This document shows positions 1 through 13,077 of a stretch of 64,000 nt of DNA, piece by piece (positions within the stretch are counted from its first letter, which is position 1; every line of letters begins with the position of its first letter). Source of the stretch: Azolla caroliniana. Its lineage: Eukaryota > Plantae > Polypodiophyta. The translations under genes and the position numbers were made by a program. The stretch spans positions 19,840,001 through 19,904,000 of the forward strand of contig JBHGNT010000011.1 in assembly GCA_043228905.1 (NCBI GenBank). The letters are read 5' to 3'. Under the pieces are notes generated by a model. The model ran no database searches. It was given only the letters and a program-made list of their open reading frames with translations, and was not told the DNA's origin.

Positions 1-3000
1 CAGATTTTTTGCCAAAACTTGGTGATTATTGTGGGAGGAACTTGAAATGTGTGCCAAACCTTCGCAGCAACCGGCTCTCAGGCGGTTTGACCAACTAGAA
101 TGTGGCGACCCAATCTAGAAGTGAATTGGAAGAAAGGGATGGTTTTGCTTCCTTGTGTTGCATAGGGATCACACCATGTCCATTGCAAAGGGTCCCAAAG
201 GACCTTACGTAGCCATGTGTTTTCATGAATACATATGTGCCAATCAGGTTGTACTTTGATCGTATCAAGATCTACAATCCATTTATGACCAGTATACGTG
301 AGTACTGGAATTGCGTTATTTTGTGTTGGTGTCTCAGTGTCTCACAATTCAGAGCCTTCGAGTTTGTCTGGTGGACCCCTACCTCTTGGGAACAGAGATC
401 CCTCCTCCTCGTGGCCTATCCATTTCTCCATTGTCATCCTTTGAGTAGCAGATTCCCTAATTGTACAGTGTTAATGATTTCCGATCTTATAGTCCATCCG
501 CCCCTGATTCCATGGAATATGTTCGCCTGATCTTGTAGTGGCAGTGACATAAACCGTTACCAACATTCTATACTTTTTCCTGGACCTTCTGCAATGTATC
601 CCCTTGACAACCCCTTACGTGATCCCAGTAGTTGATTAGATTCATCCTTGATACATGGGTTCCATAGGATACATTGACTGAGCTAGGCAGGTTCGGATCT
701 TAGTTGATCACACTTGAGCCCTTGACGAATGTCACACCATGCCTTCCACATGGATGCACTGAATCTATCCTCCAATTTGGCGGGAGAAACTAGGTTTGAG
801 ATCCATGTTTAGAATCCATCCCGTTTGGGGGGCCCAATTGACCCCTTTTGTGGCCTAAAGTAAGCGAAACGTAACCCCAATAGCATTTTCCAACAGTCAT
901 TTCCTGGTTGGAGTCCTCGCACCACAAAGTAAGGCTTTTGATTGTGAAAAGGGATCGATAAGACCCAATCCCCCTCTCGACTAGGCGATGTGAGTATAGG
1001 CCATGCCACCTTGGTGCGAGCTACATGGTCTTCCTTACTAGACCAAATGTAGTTGTGGACCAGTCGTTGAATTTGATGTATACTTCCGTTGGAGATTGTC
1101 CAGCATGATAGACTGTACCATGTTGTTGGAAGTAGTACCTGATTTGCCACTATGATGTGACCTGCTAGCGACAGTTTTTTCGAGCTCCAATGTATCAACT
1201 TTTGTCGAATGGAATGGATAATGGATGCAATCATAGTCTACAGAGGTATGTTGAAACCAATTTGGAAACCCAAATATTTGGTGCTCGCTCCTTGATTGAT
1301 CCATTTGAAAGCGGGATGTGGGTGCCACATCGGATGTGTTTCCTGAGAGAGCCATATTACGCAAGATTTGTGCCAATTGATCATGGCGTTGGATCTCTTG
1401 CAAAATACAACTAGCCCACTTTCTAGCTTTTGGAGGTTTTCCAAGTCCCCTTGCATGTAGACTGTTGTGTCATCTGCAAATTCTATATCCAGGATGCTTT
1501 GATGAGAATGAGGTACGGGAATACCACGTAGGTTGAGATGTCGCGAGTTGAGAAAGCAAGAGAGTGCTTCGGCGTATAATAGAAATAAGGATGGAGCTAG
1601 TGGGCATCCATGCCGTATAGGTCGGGATATTCGGAGAAAGGGGCCCCTTTCACCTGCCAATGAAACGCAATTGTTGCCATTCCTATAAAGTCCTGCAATG
1701 CCTTTGATCCATGTCTCTTGAAAGCTGAGTTTCCCCATCACACTTTCTAGAAAGTTCCAGCATACCCTATCATATGCTTTCGTCGTTTCGTCTCCATCCT
1801 ATGGCAATATTCCTCATTTTGTCGCCATCCTCAATGGTCGTTCCATCCTCTCAATTGAGGCTGCACATCACAATTCTAGCATGCCTCGGGCCTTTGGAGC
1901 AGAAGAATTCCTTCGTTGTTTTGTCCCCTACTCGAATCCATCGTGCCATGCTTCCATGAAACTCCATGTCATATATTTCCTTTTCCACCATGCTAAGTTC
2001 ATGTTTGGCCGTGGCGACTTGTACTGCGATCCAAACACAGGATGGGTATCTCTGTTGGAGTCGTTGTAAGGCTATTAGTCCCCATTTTGTCCTTTGTTGC
2101 TTCTCTTGAGCATCCTTGCTTCTGGTCTTGACAATCTCATGTAGGAGAGTAGAAGCTCTTGTGAGTTTAGCTAGAAGTTTGTCAGATGTTGACGAGTTAT
2201 TGATGGGTAATGACCATTGGTTGGATAGTTGGTCCTTCACGTCTATAAGTGTGTAAATAGTGTGTGGGATGCGAGTCTGGAATGGGCCCCATTTTCGGTG
2301 CAATTGAAAATGACCAGCTACTAGGTAATGGTCTGAGAAAGTTGTGCCTGGCGTTATGCGACACCACCCTCCCTTCGCTTCTAGATCCTCCCCCACATAA
2401 ATGCGGTCAATGCGAGATAGGGTGGGTCCACTATTCCGCCTGTCTGATCGGGAGAATAGGAGAGAATCCCTTTTTCGTTGGAAGTTATCAGAATGCCATA
2501 TGTCTCGCAGGTTAAGGTGGACACATAGCTTCTCACGTTGTTTACGTTCCCTTCTTTGTAGAACTATGGGGTTGTTGTTGGAGCTATCGTGAATGGATTC
2601 GATCATATTAAAATCCCCTCCAATGCACCACTCTTCCGCAACCGCTACTTGTAGGCGAACGCGGTCCCAGAATGTTGCCCTTTTTTTTCTACAATTTGGA
2701 GCATAAACATTCATGAAGCTCCATCGTTGCCCTTGGATGGCCAACGTGCAAAATGTGCCCTACTAGGTATACTTAGTGATTCTTGGTGTATTAAGCCTTG
2801 GGCTAGATGTTCCCGAATCAAAGTGCAAATACCACCATGATTTCCATCCTCCCCAATTGTTGGCTCCCAAATCGTTCGCCATGATCTTGGTAGAAGGTCT
2901 CCGACTTCCTTTAACTGCGTGTTATCGAGGTGGTGTTCCTGCAACATGATGATGTCAGCACCACTCCCTAGTAAATATTCTTCAAGATTCCTTCTTAGTT

Positions 3001-3114
3001 TCCATCTGTTTTGCTGATCTAGTCTACTTCTAAGCCCTTGCACGCTCCATGTTATAATCTTCATACTCATGGAGTGGGGTGGGAAATTGCCAGTTGTTCC
3101 TGGTGCTTTGCACA
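1..3114 (-). mobile_element. Degenerate L1-type LINE, ORF2 (AP endonuclease + reverse transcriptase), frameshifted
   Basis: Minus-strand ORF pieces: MKIITWSVQGL..DIIMLQEHH (endonuclease start, ATG near 3064), NVYAPN/GGDFN/SRIDRIY/SDH (endonuclease), IRHGCPLAP/FADDT/KYLG (RT) and LSLAGHIIVANQVL. The element runs off the window start. Confidence 0.9.
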
Positions 3115-3122
3115 ACAGGTCG

Positions 3123-4642
3123 CAAGGTTGTTAGGTACGATACGGATACCATACATATTAATACCTGCATATTACCTCCCAATTTAAAAATACGTTAAAT
3201 ACGTTTTCTTAATATGTTAAATACGTTAAATACGTTTTCTTAATATGTTAAATACTTATAGTAGGTTAAATACTTCTAGAATTTGAAATTTATTTACCTT
3301 TCTAAAAAATATCTATAATATTGTAAAAAACATCTATGTTTACACAATTTTGTGATTTACAATATAGTTCTACATCCTAAAATGCATATAAGACATTTGA
3401 ACATTTCACATCCCAAAATACTTGTAATAATATGGATGTCGACATTCCCTTATTCTATAAATCAATGTAAGTGTGTATCACGATGTTCTACTTCAAATTA
3501 TAATTATTTACAATTATGCCTTCATAGATTGAGGAATCATCTACGATTATCACACTCATGATAGGTTTCTCTTTTCTTCATTTTCTTCTTCTTCTTCTTC
3601 TATCTTCTGCGACTACCACACTCAGAGTTAGGACAACTTTATGTCTTCTTTTCTCTCTTCTTCTTCATCTTCTTCATCATCGTCTCTTATATTCTTCTTT
3701 CTTCATTCCTTTGGCTTCTTTTGAATCACTAAAATCTTTTTTTTCTTTTGCTTTTTGTTGGGGTTTTACTTACATTTTCTTTATAAATACGTATTATACC
3801 TGTTTTTTTATAAATACGTTAAATACCGTTGTCGTGTTGTTACGCGCGTGCGTATAGAATGAGGTAGGAGTATAGAACGAGGTAGGACCACAGGGATCTT
3901 GGACCGAGGAATAACCGAACAGGAGTAGGAGCAAGAAAGACAATGGTCGTGCTTCCACACACACACACACGCAGATACACAAAAACCGCAACTGAATGAA
4001 ACAATGGAAGCGAGATGAATGTGTATATGTATGTATATTCTAATGAAAAAGGGTTACAACTGGCAGGCCGGTGAGCAACAAAACTCCTATGCCTACACAC
4101 ACGCACACAGAAGAGCGAGATGGAGACTCTGCAGGAAGCACTCGGGCGTTCCGCGTAGAAGAGTCAACCTCCCGAAAACCTGCACATAGCAAATATAGAG
4201 CAAGACGGAGGAGAAGAGCTTGGTCCTAGTTCGACAACATTTCGTCCTCAACAAAAGCGATCCCTTTTACGATTCCTCTCCCTCTCTTTTATAGCCCAAG
4301 GAGGGAGTCTGTTACAACTTGTTACCTCATCTTTATTCTCTTTCCTTTCAGATAGAGATATGCCTTGATTTCCTACCTATCAAATCTGTGCGACCTAGGA
4401 TATTCACATCAGCCGACTTGTACCTAAATATGTACATTACAACAAAACTTGTGCCCACATGTAAGGGCTGGTTCGCGCACATCATTCTCTGATTCCGCCT
4501 AAGGACGGTTTTCTCCACGACACCGTATTGGACAAGTGTACATGATATTTGACTGAACAACATTGAGGTATAGTACGTACTATACAAATGATGAGGTATT
4601 ATACGTATTTAAACGTTAAATACGGGTACGTAAACAACCATG
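3123..4642. mobile_element. Non-autonomous hAT-type DNA transposon inserted into the LINE
   Basis: Perfect 8-bp TSD ACAGGTCG (3115-3122 and 4643-4650). Imperfect TIRs CAAGGTTGTT.../...AACAACCATG. TAAATACG subterminal repeats at both ends. No intact transposase. Confidence 0.85.
3830..4522 (-). mobile_element. Solo LTR (family A, TGTCGTGGAGAAAACC...GCGTAACAACACGACA) nested in the hAT element
   Basis: TG..CA termini and 4-bp TSD CCGT (3826-3829 and 4523-4526). The reverse complement matches the LTR at 61212 onward and shares termini with 31878-37866. Confidence 0.85.
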
Positions 4643-4650
4643 ACAGGTCG

Positions 4651-5310
4651 TGAGTGGGGAGCACTCCCCATTTAGACATCCAGTCATTTCCAGGGATGAA
4701 ATAGTGGTCCACATCCATGAGTGGAGTTTGTGGGCTATCTTGTGAGCTTCAATTGCCCTTTTATGCTTCTCATAGAAATAGAAAAAGCTTGGAGTTAGTT
4801 GGGCGTCTATGATAGTCCGCAAGTGGATGTGGCAAAGATGAGGTTCCTCTTCATCCATGGTGCACTAGAATTCAGTGTTATGCGAATGCTGCTTTAGTTC
4901 ATTCATGAGCTCTTCATCTCTTATTTTTGCTACAAAGCATGTTGCTTGGCTACATAACGTATCTTTAATCTTGGATTTCGACCAATGTTCCTATGTCAGA
5001 AGCAAGAGTGGAAAGGAGATTGAGGTCCTCGGAACTCCATTATAATGTACCGCTGATACATGTACCCTTATTTTTTCCACTGTCTTGAGCCCTATACCTA
5101 GCCATTTCAAGGCGTTTTGCGGGTGTGGTTCAAGGTCTTGGCTAGAGGAAGCATACTCATTTGTGTCCAGGAAGACTATGATCTGAGGCATGACATTCAA
5201 ACTTCTACCTTGGTTTGTTGCTTCTGCATTGGGTGTTGTTCCACTCAAGCTCCGTATTAAGGTCTTAACATGACTTATTCTTCTTCGCTTCCCTGTTTTG
5301 TAAGCTTTAA
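4651..5310 (-). mobile_element. Probable continuation of the LINE upstream of ORF2 (ORF1 3' region), degenerate
   Basis: Directly follows the hAT TSD and has broken minus-strand ORFs. No diagnostic motif was seen. Confidence 0.45.
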
Positions 5311-5339
5311 CGAACTTTATGTATTAACTTCATGTTTAA

Positions 5340-5660
5340 ATGTCTTGGCCTCTCAGATATAGCCAAGCACGTGGTCGTGAACATATGATGCAAGACAATA
5401 AAACACACGTCTTGCTGCTTGCTTTGATGTGAAGTAGTCAACGTGTATTGGGTTGGGTTTTGTTTATTGCACTTGTTCGATGTAACTCCAATATTCTTTG
5501 CTCGGCAAGGTATTGGTGCATCTTGTATTCCCAAGATGCAAAGGTATTTCTACCAAGCTTTTCATTGGGGAGAGAGCTGCCCATTTGATTATTCGTGATA
5601 GCCGAAACGTGTTTGCTTCTTCTTCTTCTCTGTTTGATGAGCCGGTTCCTCTTGGGAAAG
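5340..5660 (-). mobile_element. Ty1/copia gag fragment
   Basis: Homologous to 20270-20590 and 58802-59115 (SSLPxEKLxRxNxASWEYKMHQYL..YWSYIE-type gag N-terminus), with frameshifts. Confidence 0.7.
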
Positions 5661-7789
5661 AGGAGGGAACTTAAGTACCTTACTAGTTATGTGCCTTAGA
5701 AGTTAAGTCTTATGACAACATTAGTTATGTTACATAGTGGTGGTGGTGTGTCCACACACTTGTGGTCTTAGCCTTTAGGATGTGTTCACACCATAGGGAA
5801 GTTGAGTTTGATTCTTAACACCTTAATTAGTTGAAAAACACCCCTTCTTTGTAGTTGATTTTCAATGTACAATTTTTTTTGCTATGCATTTATTGCTGAT
5901 TAGCACATATGCATGGCTTGTACTATTGCAATCTGTTGTTATTATGGTGAGACATGACATATTATTGAGACCTTTGGGCATGAATGAGGATAGACTCTAG
6001 AGAGAGCACAAACATTGTCATGTTGTTTGGGTCTTGGTTGGATGCTTCTTATTTGTTGCTTCATTTGACGTTTCTTTCATGTTGTATTATTTGCCTTTCT
6101 ATTTGATGTTTATGTATGTAGTTTTTGTTATATTTTTGTAGAATTCTTATACATTTATGAAATCCAATCAAATTTCAACAATTTCCTTCTTATGGACGTG
6201 CGAGTATTAAAAGAAATCATTTAATTATATTTATGCCGACTTAGAATAACGAGTGTGGCTAACAATGGCATTGTGATTTATGGCTTGTGGGTATTAAGTC
6301 GCTTTCCCTCTTTATTTTCTCATCACCTTTATTTTTACAAGTTATTTTCTAGATGCATTAATTAACTATTCATGAATATGATTTCCAAAGCATGATTGTG
6401 TATATCAACAATAAATATGATTGTGTGTGTGTGTATTTAATGTTGCTTTAAAGATATAGTAGTAATTGCGAATTAGAAATTGTGTTGAGTATATTTATCA
6501 TATAATCATATAAGATTAATTATATATGCTAATGTGAGGTAATGAGGTAAGAGACATTTCTATGTATGTTAGGTCTAAGTTTGGAGTCTCAATAATTAAG
6601 TTTTACTAATTGATTTCATTGAACTTCAAGTATTAAGTTTTACCTGTGACAAATGAGAGAAGTATTGTAAAATCTTAAATTCAAACTATAAATTTTACAT
6701 TATTTAATCAACAAGATATTTCATTGCCCAAAAACTTGATGTTTGAAATGGAGCTAATGAATTGAGATCTTACTAGTTATCTCAATACTTCTTAGCAATT
6801 TTCATAAGGACTTCTAGTCATGTCATGTCACATGTGCACATACACATAAAACGGGGAAAGAAATTTATTTTAAATTATCACATTGAATCAAGACTCAGGA
6901 GGAGAAGGTCATGGGAACTTGAGTGCAATGAGTCATGACTCATGACTAAGGATATGGTAGGAATGATCAAAGCCTTATACTCTTGACACCGTCATTTCTA
7001 AACTCGGTTCTTTTTGTCCCTATATGCAATGATGAATACTAAACGTTACTACAATGGACAATTCCTAAATCCAAAGTTGAGGGAAACATTACGTTGTAAA
7101 CATAGTTCCTCGTAGAAATATCTACATAAAACCATGTGATACATGGATTATTGGCTCAAGTTGCTTTTCTTTAAACAACAGTATATTCATCAACATCATT
7201 TGAGTTTGATTCAAGTAAAATAAATTGTGTTGGATAATTAATGTTTAGAATCATACCTAGCAAAATAATAATAAGCTTGAGCAGATAATTAGAAAAAACC
7301 TCCTGAGTCATGTTAATCTCCATACCAAATTATGTCTTCTTGTTGTGACCTACCTAACACACATAATACCAAATGTCATGTGATTAGGAAACCATGAAAC
7401 TTAAGTATGTAGCCTTTGAAATTAAGCAACTACGTCTAGTTAGAATTGTTATTTTGTTGACTTTACTTTAAAGCCTTGCAACTAGAGAAAAATAAAAACT
7501 AAGGAAAAGTACCAAGATACCCCTAAAAACTATTTATCACGAGATTGAATTTCACTTTCAACACATTGTACACATACTGATTTGTGTACCTTTGCGTACT
7601 CTTTATAGTAGTGAAATATATAAGAATGTCACATTATAAAGAGCTTCTCATTTTTGAAATTTGTATGTTGAAAATCACCGTTTGTTTTTATTATCATAAC
7701 TCTTCCCTTGACTCCTTTTTTCTTCCGTAAATCGATGTTTGGTATTAAAACAAGATAATAATACATTCTACAACCCTTGCTATCATCAG

Positions 7790-8310
7790 TACTTCCTTTC
7801 TAAGTTATCATAATTATGTGCATGTGATAACCCCATAGGATCCCTAGAGGAACGACCCTTCTCTTGCCTGTGATGTTCATACACTTTGTCTATTTGGTAC
7901 CTTGGATGATTAACCTTAGAGGCCACCGTAATCCAAGATCCATCCTCATCCCTTAAATCTTGTTGTCTTTCTTCAATATCTTTTTCTTTCTGTTCCAAAA
8001 TAACGACACCCTTACATTTTTCCACATTTGCCCCCTTACATTTCAGCATCTCAGTATTGTTTAGCAGATACTCTGGCATTAACACATTACCATGGGAATT
8101 ACTAGTCACCTGCACTACCTGTTTTTGTTAACATTCTACCATGAAGTGGCCCAAACCACCACATCGGAAGTAATGACCGGCGAATGATCCGGAATGTAAT
8201 TGGGAACGGAATGATCTCATCTCTTGAGTTTTTATGTTTAGCCACAAAGGTCTCTTTTTTAGATGTATTCCGTAACATTCATAACCTATATCTATTAAAT
8301 GCATTTCCCA
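7790..8310 (-). mobile_element. LINE ORF1 remnant (zinc knuckle) just upstream of MATE copy 1
   Basis: FAGHYFRCGGLGHFMVEC, a degenerate CCHC knuckle. Paralogous to 23960-24470. Confidence 0.75.
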
Positions 8311-8535
8311 GTAAAGAAGCAAATAATGTCTCTCTCATGAAACATGGCAAATACCTTTAAATTTTATATTCATTATCATCATCGAAACCTTTATGCAATT
8401 GAATATGTTCAGACACTGCTTTTATTTATAATTCTCTCTAGCCTTGCTAAGACTTGGCGTCTGACAGATTCATTTACTTGCTAACCTGAACTCACTATTG
8501 TGTTAAAAATAATAATTCTGTAATTCCCCCCAATC

Positions 8536-11279
8536 ATGAGTCACAATAATGAGACTGATCATGAAGGAGATCTGGAACACCAATGTGATTTAAGTAATCA
8601 TACTACCACCAGTAGTGACCAACATATGTTCTGCTTCCCCAACAAGAACAAGCTTCAAGGCAATGACCATAATAAGACCACCTCTGGTATTGTTGTCATG
8701 AATGATCTTGAGAAATCCATGACCTTGGTGAGTTGGAAGGAGATGAAGGTACAGGCCTGCCTGGCTGGACCCCTCATAATGGGAAACCTCCTCAGCTTCC
8801 TCCTGCAGATGGTCTCTCTCATCTTCGTCGGCCATTGCGGGGAGCTCGAGCTTTCGGGTGCCGCTGTAGCTAACTCCTTCGCCACCGTCACTGGCTTCAG
8901 TGTTGTGGTATGCCTTATCATTCTTTAATGATAAAAACTGTTCCAAAACAAAACAATAAAACCAATCCAACTTAACTTGATTTGTATCTATCACATTGTA
9001 GATAGGCCTGGCTGCTGCTCTAGAGACGTTATGTGGACAAGCGTACGGGTCAGGTCAATATGAGAAGCTCGGAATTTACCTTCAGAGAGCGATCTTGGTC
9101 CTCAATACCACATCTATTCCTCTAGCTCTGTTATGGGCCAACATGGAGACTTTACTTGTTTTCCTTGGCCAGGATGCTCAAATAGCAAACAAAGCAGGGA
9201 CATATGCAAAATGGATTATTCCCACATTGTTTGCATCGGCGACAAGCCAACCATTTGTCAAATTTCTTCAATCACAAAGCGCAGTTTCCCCACTCTTTTT
9301 CATCTACATGTGCACGTTGATCCTCCATGTGCCCATCTGTTGGTTCTTGGTGTTCCAATCCGGCATGGGTTATGTTGGGGCAGCCATTGCCAACAGCATT
9401 TCGTATTGGCTGAATGTTCTCCTTATCTCACTTTATGTCAAGTTTTCGAGTAAGTTTGCGAAGACTAGAGCACCGCTGTCGTGGAAAGCACTTGAAGATT
9501 GGAGAGAGTTCTTCCGGTTAGCTATCCCATCGGTTGCAATGCTATGGTATTTACGATACACATATACATCAGTACTAGTTTGCTGATACGCCAGTGCCAA
9601 TCAAAATTGACCTCAATTTTGTCACGGTTTTCTCGTCACAGTTTGGAGTGGTGGTCGTACGAGATGTTGGTGATTCTTTCGGGATTATTAAGTAATCCTG
9701 ACCTCCAAACAGCAACAATCTCTATATGGTAACGAGATGAGATTGCATGGAGATTGACGCTTGATAACATTATCTGAAACCATTGCCATTTTTCTTTTCT
9801 TTTTTTCTTTTCTCTTCTTCAGTGTGAACACACAGTCATTGATTTTTATGATACCCATGGGTTTTGGAGCAGCTGCCAGGTGAGGCCTTTAAATGTGAAA
9901 CTCCAAAGGGGAGGGGAGTTTACAACAAGTATTTGCATGTTCACTCGAATGCCTGCAAGTATTTGCATTATGGGGCATTCTGAATTGTTTGAAATCTTTA
10001 TGTCCATCTGTGAATTCTCTAACAACAAGTTGCATATTTTACCAATAGTTGTTGACAATTGATTTGTATATATTGGACAAATCGGTTAATATGTTTTCCA
10101 GCACCAGAGTTGCTAATGAGCTAGGGGCAGGTAATCCATGGGCGGCCCGAGCTGTGGTGAGCGCCGCACTTGCACTTACCTTCAGCATGGCCATGTTTGT
10201 TGCATGTTTCTTGCTCCTAGTTCGGAATGTATGGGGTCATGTGTACAGCAACGAGGAAGAGGTCATCGACAGTGTGAAAGGGCTCATTCCTTTGCTCGCA
10301 CTGTCCACAACAGTAGATAGCCTGCAAGCTGTCCTTTCAGGTATATATCGATATGTATACTAGGTGAAGACTCCGGAATACCCCTGAGTTTTCGGTTACT
10401 TCCACAAATGCCCCCAGTTTTTTGTTATTTTTGGTTACCTCCCTGAAAGAAAAAAATTAATCTGGGGATCAATTGACACATAATTGTCAGAAGGGGATTT
10501 GATGGGGGCATTTTCGGAAATAAGGAAAGAGTCGGGTATATTTTTGTGTTTCCCCCTTTATTGTAGAAATCACAAAATTCTGTTTTGATGAAGCTGATTC
10601 ATGGATGCTTTTATATCGATGTTCGTTTATCCCTGTTTTCGGCATTTTGATTTGTGTTGGCGGCCTTAGGTGTCGCAAGGGGTGCTGGGTGGCAAAAATC
10701 CGGAGCCTTCCTTAACTTGGGCTCATTCTATGTTGTCGGGTTGCCCGCTGGTTGTGTTCTCGCATTTTTGTTTCATCTTCAAGGCAAGGTATTTTCATGA
10801 AAACCATAAAACAATAACTTTGATGAACAAGGAAGTTTAATATGTCTTATTCATGAAATTTCATTGATTTTGAGACCAGATAAAATGTTAACTATTTCCT
10901 TGTGTCTAGAGAGTTTCTAACAGGCACTTTAATGTTTTACTAAATTTACATTGATCCTAACACATTCTTGTTTGCTACTCTGATGTTTTGAATGCTCTAG
11001 GGTCTTTGGCTCGGGTTGACTATTGGTGCATCTGTACAATTGGTTTCCTATTTAATAATAATCACTCGTTTCACTGATTGGAAAAAAGAGGTAAAAGAAT
11101 GTTAATGTACTCAATTGTTTTTGTGTGTTGTTAGTCCAGTCACATGCTCAGAAAACATGGATTTAGTACTAACAAGCTTTTATTTGTGTGATGATATTAA
11201 ATAGGCTGAGAAAGCGGTATTGCGAATGAGTTCACCTTATACATTAGTAACCGAACCCCTCCTTAGTGCTGATAAATAA
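8536..11279 (+). CDS. MATE efflux family / DETOXIFICATION (DTX) transporter, intact, 8 exons, 527 aa
   Basis: Exons 8536-8907, 9002-9546, 9642-9728, 9823-9879, 10102-10340, 10670-10788, 11001-11090 and 11205-11279. All introns are GT-AG and the total is 1584 nt in frame. Motifs: [94 protein letters not shown]. Confidence 0.95.
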
Positions 11280-13077
11280 ACTAATTTCATGGGCATGAAA
11301 GTATACGGCACGTTCCAAGAATGAATAAATAAAATCAAAGCAAGGTTTTCCAGTAGATCTAAACATATGATGATTGTGTGTTTGTTCCTATTGGACTCAA
11401 ACACATCAGCAAGATAGAAAGGAAATTAACAAAATCTCTCTATTGAAAGCCACAAAACAAAGAGAATATACATGATATTCATATAATCTTGTTTACTTTC
11501 TCTTAAAAGTGTAAAATTTGATTGCGAGGCCAATTGGTTTCATTGGAAAACAATATGTATGTGACTTGAAAAGGTATTTGAAATTTTTGGTGGACCAACT
11601 AATACATATGAGAAAAAGTTGTTACTGTTATTTCTCTAACTATTTCAAACAATAATCGATATATTCTCAATCATTGATAATAAATCCGTAGGAATAACAT
11701 GATATACAGCAAGGGAATGTTAGGACTTGGCACATTTCTGCCCTTTTGGGTCATCTATAAAATTTGCATTGATTAAAACTCAGGCTTTTAATTTACGATG
11801 TAAACTAAGCCAAAGAGATGTGGATTATTTAACATGTCATAAAAATAGTTGTTAAAATGCAAATTTTGATCTCGCAATTAACTTCATTATCATTGCTAGA
11901 TTGTCATACACCTTGACTGTGGATAATACTGATGTGGATAACACTCACGTTAGGTTGTGTTCCTCCTTTTTTTTTTTTTTTATAAACTATCCTCCATTAG
12001 TATTAAAATTAAAGTGGCCAAAGGCAAGATATAAGATAATCCAACATTACAATGAATATTGTGTAGCCATGTTAACTCACCGAAGCCAATCTTTTCTAGA
12101 TAAAGATAAATAATAAAAAATTCTAGCCAATATTATTCATATTCGGCATCCAAGAATAATGTTTCATCGAAACAACCCCTTTCTTTCAATCTCACCATGC
12201 ATCTCACGTCCCTCCTTTCTAATAGATATCTCAGGCTAGGTTGTGTTCCTCCTTTCTAATAGATATCTAAGGCTTCTCGTGTTGATCTCTTGTAAGTAAT
12301 TTTTTTAGTACACTGAGGTGAGGTTGTGTTCCCGAACTTATATCATTGGAATTGTGCTTAATCCTTGTGGTTCAAAGGCTATGATTTCCCATTTGGAAAC
12401 AAAGGCACGCAACAAAACTAGTTCTTAACTAAATCTTTTATTATAAATTTCTCGATACAATGTTAATCATGAAAACTTGCATTTATTAATTCGAAGCACA
12501 TTTAAAAGTTATTTCTTTTTATCATGGGTATCAATTGCTTGGGTTGATGCATGAAAGTAATCTTGTCTTTCTTAGATAATGGTCTTGCTTCAAAAGACGC
12601 ATAAAAGCAAAATTTTGTGTTCCGGTTGGATGCAAGATTTAGAAAAATAGTTTGGTAGATGGGATGCAAGACACTTGCTTCATGATACGTCACGAGACTC
12701 CTCTATAAATGAGGGTTTTTTGCAACGCCAATGTATCATGACACGGGACAAATGTGGTGTCTCACGCTTCACACATTATACTACAAATGTTGCATCTAAC
12801 TACAAAACCATATTCTTCGCGGAACGGGGAAGCCGTACACATCGATACATGTTAGAGCCCATCCCGATATCTGCCATTTGAACCATTGCTTCCATGCGAC
12901 TTAGTTCGCACGCATTGAGATGTGAGACGAGGCGTTGGGGCACAAGTGATGAGAGTTGTCGACTATGCACACTTTGCCCTAAACAAGTTTGAGAGTCTGA
13001 GTATCACACTTTGATACAATGCTCTGCCTTTGATCATATTCGACCATGCTTTCCACATCCCTTCGATCGAGCCCCTT

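Larger units (their letters stand above)
5798..11904 (+). repeat. Segmental duplication, copy 1 (paired with 20921-28897)
   Basis: Co-linear similarity runs from GAAGTTGAGTTTGATTCT (about 5798 and 20921) through the MATE gene and its introns to CATTGCTAGATTGT (about 11904 and 28897), with reciprocal indels. Confidence 0.9.

Noticed and set aside
12480-12960. Possible decayed exon or transposase fragment
   Set aside because: No motif was recognisable in any frame.
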